Positions 20,761 to 30,336 of a DNA stretch of 64,000 nt are shown in pieces. The notes under the pieces are model-generated. The model was not told the origin of the DNA. It made no database searches and worked only from the letters and a program-made list of their open reading frames with translations. Both the position numbers and the translations under genes were made by a program. The stretch is from Minisyncoccota bacterium. GTDB taxonomy: Bacteria > Patescibacteriota > Microgenomatia > UBA1400 > UBA12028. The stretch covers positions 3,276 to 67,275 of the forward strand of contig DNEP01000006.1 of the NCBI GenBank assembly GCA_003487265.1. Direction: 5' to 3'. Numbering within the stretch: the stretch's first letter is position 1; the number at the start of each line of letters is the position of its first letter.

Positions 20761-21456
20761 TTAGCGCGATTGAACCACTGGACTTGTGTACGCCTTTGAA
20801 CTCTCCACAATTTGACCATCAGAAGATCCTGGATTGTAGATGGTGTAGAAAATATGAATAAGTTCTTGAGTGTTGAGTTGTTTAACAATAATTCCAATGC
20901 GCGCAAGTTGTGAAATAATGTGATCGCGTTTTGGTTCAAGATCGGTTTTTGCTTTTTCAATAAGTTGCGGAATGTTAATTTGTGATTCTTGCGTTGATTT
21001 TTGCTTTTTAAATGGAAAAGGTGATGTTGGAAGGATTGAAGAAAGGGTGCTCGATTGATATGAAATGACAAGATAGAATTTTTTATCCAAAATGTTTCGC
21101 TCTTTCACAAGTGTGGAAACAAACTCTCGATACTGCGCGATTTGCGCGCGTTTTTGTGGGGCGTGTGTTCCACGCTCGGTTTCTTGAAGATGTCCCAAAT
21201 AACCCGAGATGTCTTTTTTTTGTGATCGAATGACAATTTGTATTGGAAAAGAAAGAGAATTGAGAATTCCCGCGTATGTGTAAATCATCGCTTCTTGTTC
21301 TTCTTCAGAGAGAAGATCAAAGTTAACCGATGATGCCGACATCACCATACTTGCCGTGCCATCACGAAGTAAAACGAGATTGTTCGTAATATCTAAAACA
21401 TCAAGAAATTCTTGCGTTGTTGATGAAAGGTGGTTGGAGGATGAGTGGGCGCTCAT
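20761..21456 (-). CDS. Conserved T4SS-associated protein (VirB4 N-terminal/TraC-like)
   Basis: STTQEFLDV, VNFDLLSEEEQEA, LNSLSFPIQIVIRS; lies between PrgI and VirB4. Confidence 0.65.
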   Translation of the reverse strand: MSAHSSSNHLSSTTQEFLDVLDITNNLVLLRDGTASMVMSASSVNFDLLSEEEQEAMIYTYAGILNSLSFPIQIVIRSQKKDISGYLGHLQETERGTHAPQKRAQIAQYREFVSTLVKERNILDKKFYLVISYQSSTLSSILPTSPFPFKKQKSTQESQINIPQLIEKAKTDLEPKRDHIISQLARIGIIVKQLNTQELIHIFYTIYNPGSSDGQIVESSKAYTSPVVQSR

Positions 21457-21465
21457 AGTGGTAGT

Positions 21466-22515
21466 TTAGGAGGTTTTCGCGAGAAATTCTAGCGGAGGAA
21501 TAATGGTGTTATTTGTAGTGAGTGTGTAGTTGTTAAATTCGAGGCCGTTTTTTTCTGTGCGAATACTAAAAGCTCCATTTTGTAGGGGGGATGTAATAAA
21601 GAATTGTCCTAATTTGTTCGTTTTGACTGCGCGCACCGCGATGCCCGTTTGATCAACAATTTCCACAATTGCCCCATCAACAATTTTACGATTTTGGTCG
21701 AGTACCATTCCAACAACAACGTTTGGTTGTTTTGGAGTTGATGGGAAGGGGAGACTACTATTTGTTTTCACCGCGATTTCCTGTTGGGTGGTAGTTTTAA
21801 TCACATTTTGTGCAAATGTGTGCAGCGTTTGTGTTGTTTCACCACGTTCTTCTTGTTGTTTTGATTTGTTTTGTGCCGCCTCAAATACGGTGACTTTTCC
21901 CGAAGGTTTAAGGAGGACTGATGAGGGTTGATGTGATTGTTTTTCAGCCGTAGATTGTTGGGTGGTAATAGGTTGGGTTGCTGGAGGAATAACGCGTTGT
22001 ATTTGTGCATGAGGCTTGGATTGTTGTAATGTGATAGGCGTTTTGTTGTTATGAAACAGTTGTGTGATGTTTTTTGAGTTCACAAAAAGATCATTTGGCT
22101 CAGACTGTGTTGAAATGGACTCAAAATACGCGCGAACTCGTTCGGAGCGTCCGATTTTTTGGTCGAGAAGGGGTTGCGATCGATCTCCTAATTTTTGTTG
22201 AATATACGCGAACGCATCTGGAATGCGGATTGTTTTTTTCCAGTAAAATTTTGTTGGTTTGTATATCGCGTGTAGGAACGCAACAACCCATTGATCTAGG
22301 GGGCGTTCTTCGAGCGGAACAAACGCAAACGCCGCTCCTGTGCCAATAATGATAAACACGAGAAAGAGTTTGAGTATGTTTGGAAGCGCGATCGAGTACA
22401 CGAGGAGCGCAACACCAACCGATCCAAGTAACTCGAAGAATTGCTTGAGCGTCATGTTTCCAATGAGGTGAAACTCGTACGCAGTGATATTCTGCGGGAC
22501 AGGATGCTCGATCAT
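21466..22515 (-). CDS. PrgI family (VirB3-like) protein with C-terminal carboxypeptidase-regulatory-like beta domain
   Basis: HPVPQNITAYEFHLIGNMTLKQF, 2 TM, RPLDQW; GMVLDQ..GAIVEI..KTNKLGQF. Confidence 0.8.
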   Translation of the reverse strand: MIEHPVPQNITAYEFHLIGNMTLKQFFELLGSVGVALLVYSIALPNILKLFLVFIIIGTGAAFAFVPLEERPLDQWVVAFLHAIYKPTKFYWKKTIRIPDAFAYIQQKLGDRSQPLLDQKIGRSERVRAYFESISTQSEPNDLFVNSKNITQLFHNNKTPITLQQSKPHAQIQRVIPPATQPITTQQSTAEKQSHQPSSVLLKPSGKVTVFEAAQNKSKQQEERGETTQTLHTFAQNVIKTTTQQEIAVKTNSSLPFPSTPKQPNVVVGMVLDQNRKIVDGAIVEIVDQTGIAVRAVKTNKLGQFFITSPLQNGAFSIRTEKNGLEFNNYTLTTNNTIIPPLEFLAKTS

Positions 22516-22580
22516 ATACTTTCATTGTAGCAGAAAGGTAATATGCTCATGCGAATAATATACTTTCATATGGTGGGGAA

Positions 22581-23594
22581 TTATTCTGTTTGGATTGCGG
22601 AGGTCATCACCTCAATGGTTGCGGAATTTCCTTCGGCGTCCATTGCTGTTCCTGAAAAAATAGCGAAAGGCATAATGGTGTTTGTTGATGGAATCGTTTG
22701 ATATTCAATGCGCATTGTAAAAAGTTTTGAGGATCGCAATTCTTTTGGGGTGAGTAGTTTTCCGGAAATCTGGTATGAAAGAAGGGAGTATTCCCCATTC
22801 TTCATTGAAGAAATCATCTCTGGAATTGAACGCACATTTGCATGACCGCCATCAACTGGTTGATATGCGACGTTGTGAATGAATATTTTTCGAACATATC
22901 CTTGCGAATCAACAAGAACGGTTGCTGGGTTGTTTGTTGTTCCTGTATGAGAAAACGAATATCCTGAAAAGGAAAGAGAAAAAGGAATAGAAAAATAGGT
23001 TGCCTGCTCTTCGATTGTTTGGGTGAGTTCACTTTCCCCCTTCAAAAATTGAATATTGGAAAGTTGTGGCGCGAGCTCTAATGTTGGAGAAAAGAGCGCG
23101 AGCGCCTCTTTTGCCAGAAGAATCGCTTCTTCTGTGCGCACGGTTTGCATTTCGGTTTGTGGTGGAATATTTCCCGTATACCGTATGGTATTTGTTTCAC
23201 TGTCATAAAAAAGGGAATACCCAAATTCTTTTTGTGTCCACAATGATGTTGATGAGCTTTTTTCCATATTCCACGCTATTGCGAGTTCTTGTAGTTTTGT
23301 GAGTGAAATGGGGGGGAGACTGTTTTGGTTTTGATAAATAGGGAGCGTTTTTGGAAGGGTTGGTGTTGGCCCAATGTATTCAAATGTTTGAATATTTTGT
23401 TCCTGTGTGAGTGTTGTTTGAATGCTGGGCTTTTCGGGAACAACGATTGGGGGTTCACTGGGGAGTGGTTGCCTGTTTTGTAACAGGGTGAGAATGAGTT
23501 GTAAAACAAAAACGAGGATTGTTGCGAGAATAATGAATGTAATAAACCATCGTTTCACCGGAATTTGTTTTTTTATTTGGATGTTTGTATTCAT
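22581..23594 (-). CDS. Hypothetical single-TM extracellular protein
   Basis: SD ggagg, ATGA overlap with upstream gene, N-terminal TM. Confidence 0.65.
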   Translation of the reverse strand: MNTNIQIKKQIPVKRWFITFIILATILVFVLQLILTLLQNRQPLPSEPPIVVPEKPSIQTTLTQEQNIQTFEYIGPTPTLPKTLPIYQNQNSLPPISLTKLQELAIAWNMEKSSSTSLWTQKEFGYSLFYDSETNTIRYTGNIPPQTEMQTVRTEEAILLAKEALALFSPTLELAPQLSNIQFLKGESELTQTIEEQATYFSIPFSLSFSGYSFSHTGTTNNPATVLVDSQGYVRKIFIHNVAYQPVDGGHANVRSIPEMISSMKNGEYSLLSYQISGKLLTPKELRSSKLFTMRIEYQTIPSTNTIMPFAIFSGTAMDAEGNSATIEVMTSAIQTE

Positions 23595-26422
23595 TCTTCC
23601 TCCTGTTGTGCGCCTTCGGTGTTTTGCGATGCGTCGGGGGAACAAGAAGATGTGACATAATCATTTATCGCAACGTCCGGATCGGGAACGGCCTCAAGAA
23701 TATTGATCCCTAAGGCTTCATAATGAAGGTGATTCCCGGTGGAATTTCCAGTTGAATCGGTTTTTCCAATAAGATCTCCAACTTGTATAGACATGGAACT
23801 GTTTTCTGGCATTCCAGCGAAGTTTAAAAGGTGGGCAAAAATAAACACAAGACCGTCGTCGGAAAGGAGAACGACATGCTTTCCATATCCTGGGTCAAGT
23901 CCATTACCCTCTGCATAAAACAGCGCTTTACCAGAAAATGGGGCGTACACAGGTTCATCTGCTCCAAGCACAATGTCGAGCGCAGATCCAGGCCCAGAAA
24001 CATATTCTCCAGATATGTTTGGAATTGAGGATGTGTACACGGCGTGGGGATCTCCGTTAGTGTAGAATTCCCCCAACTGCGTAACTGTTCCACTTACAGG
24101 CCAGCATCCCACACTTGCAACCCCTTGACCGTGAAGTGTTGAGGTGGGGTCAAGCATCATAATATCCGACTGATTTGCGGTGTTTGCGGTAAAAATACGA
24201 ACCGCGATTAACGCCGGAATGGTGATTGCCATTCCAGATGATGCTGAAAAGATAGGTGATTTGCTTGCAATCGAAGCGCCGACCGAACCCAACCCACTTG
24301 CTCCACCCATCGCCCCCTGTCCTCCAACCGCTCCTGCAACTTTTGAGCCACCCGCAACTCCCGCACTCGTCGCTCCCCCTCCTCCGCCCCCTCCACCCAA
24401 AAATGACATGAGTTTCATTGCCCCCATAGCCATTGCGAGCAAACCACTTGCTATAAGTGCAAGCAAACTCAGCAAGATTTTTACAAGCTTTCCCAATCGG
24501 GAAACAGTGTTGAGAAGAAAATCTTCTGTGGCCTCTCCAACAATGGGAATTTTTCTTAACAACTCAGCATATTTAAACGTCTGGTCTAGCGCGGGAATTG
24601 CCCCCGCTCCCCCAGGGATAAAAGTGAGTGCGGTGGTAAGTGCTTTTTTTCCAAGTTCATAATCCGCTTCGTTAAATTCTCTATTTTGCGCTGTGCTTTC
24701 TCCAGAAATTGCAGGAAGCGCGCCAAACGAATCTGGTTCAGAATAAAAGAAATCAAAATCTTTACCAAAAAACTCACCAGCCGATTCAAGAGAAGTTGAA
24801 CCATGATAATACGCGAGAAAACGCTGCCTTTGTTCTTCGGTGGCCGTTGCCCACGCGTGTTGGGTGCCCAAAATTTTCCCCATTTTATACTTGAGTGCAC
24901 GTTGTGCAGAGGAGAATTCTCGACGTTCCCTCTCATTTTCTTCTGCTTGTAGTTTTGCTTGATTTTCAAGTGCATCTCTTCGAATGTACATTCCGCGAGA
25001 CACAATGCGATATCCCTGAAGAAAAACATCTTCCTCAAGTCCTTTGAGTGAGTTTTGATCGAGTGGGAGTGGAGAATGTACTGCGTTATTGTGTGTGTCA
25101 CGCGCAACACTGTTTCGCACGAGTCGAATATATGCGCTAAATGACTCTGCCCAATCTGTATCATAAATGGTGTGCAAGAAGGGGAGAATGCGCGACCGTT
25201 CTTCGTCGGTTAATAAATCTTCAAAAATTCTCTCAAATTGTTTTATGTTAATCGTGTCGATGGTGTGTCCAGAGATTGCCAAGGTTTGGAGTCGAACCAT
25301 AATTCTACGAATGTCGGACTCGGGAATGTTTGCTTTTTGCAAAAGTTGTTCAAGTTGTTCCTCCATAAAAGCTGTTGACGCTTGAGTGGTCCACCCAGCT
25401 TTTTCGAGTTTTTTCTGATCGATGTTTTGAAGAACTTTGCCCGCAGTTTCATCTTCAATAATTGCTTTTACAAGATCCTCAATCTTGGGAGGTTCAACGT
25501 TATTTTTTGCAAGCGAGGTGAGCTGTGTTTTGAGCGACAGTTGAAAATGTGCATCAAGTGAGAGTCGCTGCAAACATTGGATGTACAGTTTTTGCCGTCC
25601 GTCAAACGAGGTGAGCGTGCGAATCAAATCTTCACCGGTGAGTTGTGATAACTCAAATAAAACTATATTTGAGGTTGCGGGAAGGAGGTCGCTGATAAAC
25701 TTTTCGCGTTCTTGATCGTCGGTTATGCCGTATGAAATCGCTAGTCGTGCAAGAAGTGACTGTCGAACGAGGGTAACCTGATTCCGAAGCTCTCTGTCGG
25801 ACTTTAAGATGTCTGTTAACGAAAGATTTTGTTTTTCTTCTTCTTTTTCTCGCTTTTCTTCTTCTTTTTTGTCTTTCTCTTGCATTGCGGGGATCGCAAT
25901 CCCAGCGGATCTCGGTTGATCGCCTGCCGCCACAGGTTGTTCCCCAACCGCCGCCTTTTCTTCTTCGGTTTGTGGCGATCGCAATTCTTCTTCTGATAAA
26001 TCATGCGCTTCCCGCGCAATTTCAATAAGCGTTTCAGCCTCGCGCAACTGTGTGAGAAGATCTGAAAGTTTTTGATCGGGAGAGAGGCGACGTTCTATAC
26101 TGTATTCTTCAAAAATTTCATGCCCGAACAAATCATGATCGACTTTTTTTGGAATAATATAACGAATGGTGAGAATGAGCACCCAAAGTTGATTAAATGA
26201 CAACCTTCCCAGCGTTTGATCGTCGGGGTGATCAATCATCTCGCGAAGCATTGCTTTGTATCCACCGGAGGTTTGAATGCGGGATAAAACGCCCAACGAA
26301 CGATCCGCGAGATCATATGATCGCTTCATGTAGTCGCGCAACGCATACGCGACCTTACTTATGTTTTCATCTTGAAGGTGTTCGCGGGTAAAAAATGATC
26401 GAATTGGCGCGCTATCCAGCAT
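23591..26422 (-). CDS. Large membrane protein with Gly-rich segment and C-terminal M23 peptidase domain
   Basis: WPVSGTVTQ, H...ALDI, PVYAPFSG, GYGKHV, FAHL, STGNSTGNHLHYE; start MLDSAP after TACAAT-N6. Confidence 0.8.
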   Translation of the reverse strand: MLDSAPIRSFFTREHLQDENISKVAYALRDYMKRSYDLADRSLGVLSRIQTSGGYKAMLREMIDHPDDQTLGRLSFNQLWVLILTIRYIIPKKVDHDLFGHEIFEEYSIERRLSPDQKLSDLLTQLREAETLIEIAREAHDLSEEELRSPQTEEEKAAVGEQPVAAGDQPRSAGIAIPAMQEKDKKEEEKREKEEEKQNLSLTDILKSDRELRNQVTLVRQSLLARLAISYGITDDQEREKFISDLLPATSNIVLFELSQLTGEDLIRTLTSFDGRQKLYIQCLQRLSLDAHFQLSLKTQLTSLAKNNVEPPKIEDLVKAIIEDETAGKVLQNIDQKKLEKAGWTTQASTAFMEEQLEQLLQKANIPESDIRRIMVRLQTLAISGHTIDTINIKQFERIFEDLLTDEERSRILPFLHTIYDTDWAESFSAYIRLVRNSVARDTHNNAVHSPLPLDQNSLKGLEEDVFLQGYRIVSRGMYIRRDALENQAKLQAEENERERREFSSAQRALKYKMGKILGTQHAWATATEEQRQRFLAYYHGSTSLESAGEFFGKDFDFFYSEPDSFGALPAISGESTAQNREFNEADYELGKKALTTALTFIPGGAGAIPALDQTFKYAELLRKIPIVGEATEDFLLNTVSRLGKLVKILLSLLALIASGLLAMAMGAMKLMSFLGGGGGGGGATSAGVAGGSKVAGAVGGQGAMGGASGLGSVGASIASKSPIFSASSGMAITIPALIAVRIFTANTANQSDIMMLDPTSTLHGQGVASVGCWPVSGTVTQLGEFYTNGDPHAVYTSSIPNISGEYVSGPGSALDIVLGADEPVYAPFSGKALFYAEGNGLDPGYGKHVVLLSDDGLVFIFAHLLNFAGMPENSSMSIQVGDLIGKTDSTGNSTGNHLHYEALGINILEAVPDPDVAINDYVTSSCSPDASQNTEGAQQEEE

Positions 26423-28337
26423 ACGCGTATTGTACCGCATTTGATTGTTCGGTTGCTGCGGCAGTAGGTGTGTGTGCGGGCGATGATTTTGTTGGAGCGT
26501 CTGTGCAGTTTTCGCAAATGTATCCCATTGTTATGAATGGGTTGTACGAAACTCCCGCAAACGATGCGATAAAGTTGTCAACTCCAACGTAGCCGTGCGA
26601 AGTTGTGGTTGAAAAAACGCCGTCTTTCTCTTGTTTTTCAGCTCCTTTACCTAATGTGTCCCTCATTTCGCATGCAAAACACACATCGCATTCGCCAACT
26701 CCACCATCAAGGTGTTTGTAATGAAACTTTCCATCGTTGCACATTTTACATGTTCCATCGTGCCACGCCGTTTCCCATCGTTTGGGTTTGTTGTGATTGA
26801 TGATTCGAATTTTTTCGTCGAGCGTGAGTGATTCTGTTCGAACGGCGCGTTGAAACTCTTCAAGCGAAGAAAAGCGCGATGGAATGCCCAAACCAAGGCT
26901 GTTTGTAGAAATGGAAGAAGCAAAATTGGGATTTAATCGTGTTATTCCTCCGGCTGATCCTGCGGTACAGTCAACAACGCTCACAACCCTTTTTAACACA
27001 TGACTCATTGAGGTATTTTGAAACGAACTAAAAAGGGCGTTGCGCGCAGAAACAAGCGCGGTTCCTTTATGTGATTGAAACACTTCCGGTTTTGCAACTT
27101 TTTCATATTGTTCCCATGCAACCGCGGAATCAAACATTTTTTGTTGCAAAATCGTGTTGAGCGCGACCTCGGCATTCATAAGAATAAGCGCCTCGGCTTG
27201 ATCAATAGAAATGTGTTTTTTCAATAACAATCCCCACACATCAAGAAAAATATCTGTGAGAAACTGTGATGACTCAGCAATAATCGGTTGATAGATCGTT
27301 CTAAAAAGATTCATCGCCTCTTGTTGTGCGACCGCGAGTTGCGCAATCTCCTCGGCGGGAAGCGCGTTTGTGAGAAGTGATGAAAAAAACGGCTCAACCT
27401 CTTCATATGCGAATGGGGGGTGAATAATGTGCGCGCGCATGATTTCCGATTCGGTGGGCGCCGAAGATGTGCGAGATGCCGAAGCCTCCCCCACCCCCCA
27501 CGTTTTCACAAATTCTGATATTGCTTGCGCGTGTTCTTGATGGGAAAAATCGTTGAATGCTTGATGAAGTAAAATAATCCACGCGTCTTTTGTGGGGAGA
27601 TAGCAGACACGATACACATTCCAAAATGATTTTCCCTCTTTGTAGGTTTGCGTATTAGACGGATACACCGCGAAAACTGGCGGGCCTATGAGTACGGGGG
27701 GGCGCTCGTTGGCATCTAGTCCGAGTCCCGCAAGCGCCTCGGTGGGAAGGGGCGCGGTGTACCACCCCCAACCCTCGGGTGGGGTGGGGAGAGGTTCATC
27801 TTCAGATTGCGCGAGTGCGTTAATATACGTGTGCGCAACTTCCGGTAGATTTTCCGCAATAAACTGCAAAAGTTCGAGCGTCTCGATAGCAAGGCGTTCC
27901 TCTTTTTTATATCGGTCCTCAAACGGATTTCCCAAGGCAGATTGAAAATTGGGATTTCGTCTTGCGTACTCAATCGCCTTTTTGCACTGTTCGCGGATTG
28001 TTCCACTATACAAAGGCAGTGCGGCATCCCATTTTCCCTGTTCATTTACAAGCGGAATCATTGCGGTTTCATGAAAGGGAAGGTGGAGTTCTTCTTTAAT
28101 CGCCGACTCAAAAATAAACTGCAGGTGAAGAAAAAACTCATGCTCGATTTTTTCCCAATTTCCCTCATGTTTCCCAATTAATTCTGCGCCTTTTGAAGCC
28201 CATGCGTGAAATAGGTTGAGAAGTGCGACGCGCGTGAGTTGAGAATATTCCGAGGTTTGTAGTGCGCGTTTTTCAACGGCTTGACGCAGTTTTTTTGTTT
28301 CAGTTCTAGATAATTGTGGTTGAAGATGTTCTCGCAT
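26412..28337 (-). CDS. Hypothetical protein with C-terminal Cys cluster (CxxC...CxxCxxC...CxxC)
   Basis: 641-aa ORF; GTCKMC..VGECDVCFACE..YICENC. Confidence 0.75.
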   Translation of the reverse strand: MREHLQPQLSRTETKKLRQAVEKRALQTSEYSQLTRVALLNLFHAWASKGAELIGKHEGNWEKIEHEFFLHLQFIFESAIKEELHLPFHETAMIPLVNEQGKWDAALPLYSGTIREQCKKAIEYARRNPNFQSALGNPFEDRYKKEERLAIETLELLQFIAENLPEVAHTYINALAQSEDEPLPTPPEGWGWYTAPLPTEALAGLGLDANERPPVLIGPPVFAVYPSNTQTYKEGKSFWNVYRVCYLPTKDAWIILLHQAFNDFSHQEHAQAISEFVKTWGVGEASASRTSSAPTESEIMRAHIIHPPFAYEEVEPFFSSLLTNALPAEEIAQLAVAQQEAMNLFRTIYQPIIAESSQFLTDIFLDVWGLLLKKHISIDQAEALILMNAEVALNTILQQKMFDSAVAWEQYEKVAKPEVFQSHKGTALVSARNALFSSFQNTSMSHVLKRVVSVVDCTAGSAGGITRLNPNFASSISTNSLGLGIPSRFSSLEEFQRAVRTESLTLDEKIRIINHNKPKRWETAWHDGTCKMCNDGKFHYKHLDGGVGECDVCFACEMRDTLGKGAEKQEKDGVFSTTTSHGYVGVDNFIASFAGVSYNPFITMGYICENCTDAPTKSSPAHTPTAAATEQSNAVQYAYAG

Positions 28338-28399
28338 GTGATCTTTCTGATGTGATTCTTCGTGCGAGCGAGGAAATCTATCAAACGATCACAGGAGCA

Positions 28400-28545
28400 G
28401 TGCTGTGCGTAGCGCTTGAATCCGAAGCCCCACACGATGTCTCGTTCCTGGCTTAGGTGTTGCTTTCGAAAAGCGACACCCACACAGTTGCGGTACAGCC
28501 CGCGATTTACACGCGGTTCCGAGTAGATCCACTATGATCGAGTCG
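28400..28545 (-). ncRNA. Cobalamin riboswitch-like element (short P6, class II-like)
   Basis: Minus strand reads CUCG-GAA-CCGCG(UGUAAAU)CGCGG-GCUGU(ACCGCA)ACUGU-GU-[P6 hairpin]-AAGCCAGGAA-CGAG, matching the J3/4, P4 T-loop, P5, B12-box order; ~100 nt upstream of a co-oriented ATG. Confidence 0.7.
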
Positions 28546-28675
28546 AGGAAAGATTGCAAGAGGGTGATGTGCGTTTTGTGCGCGCGTGCTTTGCGCGCCT
28601 TGAATCTTTTTCGAACCGCCCCTTGATTTTCCAGATGATTCCCTGATATGAATAGATACAGAAAGTGAGGCGAAT

Positions 28676-30313
28676 ATGGCGGATGACGGAATGGATGCAA
28701 GATTAGCCGAACAACAGGCGGAAAGTAAAGCGCAAGATCAAGCATCACAACAAGAAAAACAATTAGATCAAGATGAGCAACGAAACGAATACATTCAAAA
28801 ATTAGTACAAACCGATCAAATACAAACTCAATCTGATAGTACATTTTCAAAACCGTTGAAAAGTGGCGATCACCTGTATTACGTAACACAAGATCAGGAT
28901 CCATACATTTTGACCGGCGGTCGTGTATTTGTTCACGCTTGGCAAACAGAACGCGCCAATCAGCGAAAACAAAACTTTTCGTATGATGAATTAATTTCTT
29001 GGACGACGTTCATGAAAAATCACCTCGACTTGGTTGGGCGAAAAGGAGGAGATGACACAACTGAGCTCGATCAAGAAATTGAGTTGTTTACTCAAGACGA
29101 TTTATGGATGCGAACAACGCTCGAACTTCAAGTGTTACTCGATAAACAAACCATACTTCAAGAGGAAAAACAAAAAGGAGTGATTTCAGAAATTCAGTAC
29201 TCTGAATCTACCATTGATTCGCAAATTAAAGACAAACGTCATCAACTCGCCACAGTCGAAGAGCAGTTATTTCAACGATACGAAGCAATATATTCACCTC
29301 AGAAACGATTGCATATTGAACCCGAGTTGTTGAACACACTTCTCCCGCAAATCGAAGCGCTATTTGCTCAAGAGGGGGAGGTTGATATCACGGCCGTGCG
29401 CGCGATGTTGCTTTCTTTACATCTCGACGAAGCGGCCGTCGATTCGTTTCTCAAAAGCCCCGCAACACTTTCATTTCGAGATCGACTTGGATTTTTTCTA
29501 TTGGGTCAGACGGATCTTCGTGAACAATCACCGCTCGGAGAAAACCAGAAGAAATTGATTTCGCTCATCACCGAAGATCTCAAGCGCGTTGCCGAAAAAG
29601 TGATGACACAAAAAGGAATTCTTCCAACCGACACCATCGATATTGCCGTAGACAAATTTACCGAAGGGATGCTTCCTTCTCAAAAAGCGTGGATGGAGCA
29701 ACGCGTCAAAATACTCGCGGCGGGCTCGTTCATTGCAGGAAACTCTGATATTAAGGCGCTGTTAGACTTTATCATTTCTGGACAAACGTATGGTGGACAC
29801 ATGGAAGGCCGGGATGAGTTGATGAAAAAAGGGCTTCCAACGGTTGGAAAAGAACATATTGTAAAAGTAGCCGATAGTCCCGAACAGGCGTTTTCGGTCG
29901 TTGAACATTCATTGAAAAACTTGTGTGAAGACTTTTCCGATGCATCCGATGAGGAGGGAAATAAAATTTTCTCTCTCATGGCAACGCATAAAGATCAACA
30001 GAAATTCATGAAGAAGAAAGAGGGGTCGGAGGAGGAAGAGTTCGACTTTACTCTTTATAAAGAGTGGGTTATGAACACATTTCTGTATCTTATCCGCAAT
30101 GATGGCTACAAAGAAAAAATTGAAAAATCAGTCGCAATATCGCTTTTTGATGCAGGTTTAAGGGAAGTTACGCAACAAAAAAATGACGGATCCCAATCAG
30201 AGGTGCGTTTCGATACCGCCGAACAAGCGGGTCGAGAAATGAAGCTCAGCCTCGAAGCGATCGAGCTCCTCCTTCAGCGCGCCAACGCTTGGAATGGAGT
30301 GCAAAAAGAATAG
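28676..30313 (+). CDS. Hypothetical helical/coiled-coil protein
   Basis: 545-aa ORF with SD gagg; no recognisable motif. Confidence 0.7.
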   Translation: MADDGMDARLAEQQAESKAQDQASQQEKQLDQDEQRNEYIQKLVQTDQIQTQSDSTFSKPLKSGDHLYYVTQDQDPYILTGGRVFVHAWQTERANQRKQNFSYDELISWTTFMKNHLDLVGRKGGDDTTELDQEIELFTQDDLWMRTTLELQVLLDKQTILQEEKQKGVISEIQYSESTIDSQIKDKRHQLATVEEQLFQRYEAIYSPQKRLHIEPELLNTLLPQIEALFAQEGEVDITAVRAMLLSLHLDEAAVDSFLKSPATLSFRDRLGFFLLGQTDLREQSPLGENQKKLISLITEDLKRVAEKVMTQKGILPTDTIDIAVDKFTEGMLPSQKAWMEQRVKILAAGSFIAGNSDIKALLDFIISGQTYGGHMEGRDELMKKGLPTVGKEHIVKVADSPEQAFSVVEHSLKNLCEDFSDASDEEGNKIFSLMATHKDQQKFMKKKEGSEEEEFDFTLYKEWVMNTFLYLIRNDGYKEKIEKSVAISLFDAGLREVTQQKNDGSQSEVRFDTAEQAGREMKLSLEAIELLLQRANAWNGVQKE

Positions 30314-30336
30314 AACAGATGTGGTAAAATAAAGAT

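Noticed and set aside
28380-28620. RNase P, SRP or 6S RNA in this intergenic region (GAGGAAAG present)
   Set aside because: Lacks GAGGAAAGUCC and the remaining RNase P core; the minus-strand cobalamin core fits far better.
28389-28904. 171-aa minus-strand ORF
   Set aside because: Antisense shadow of the 28676 gene and overlaps the riboswitch-like RNA; composition is not protein-like.
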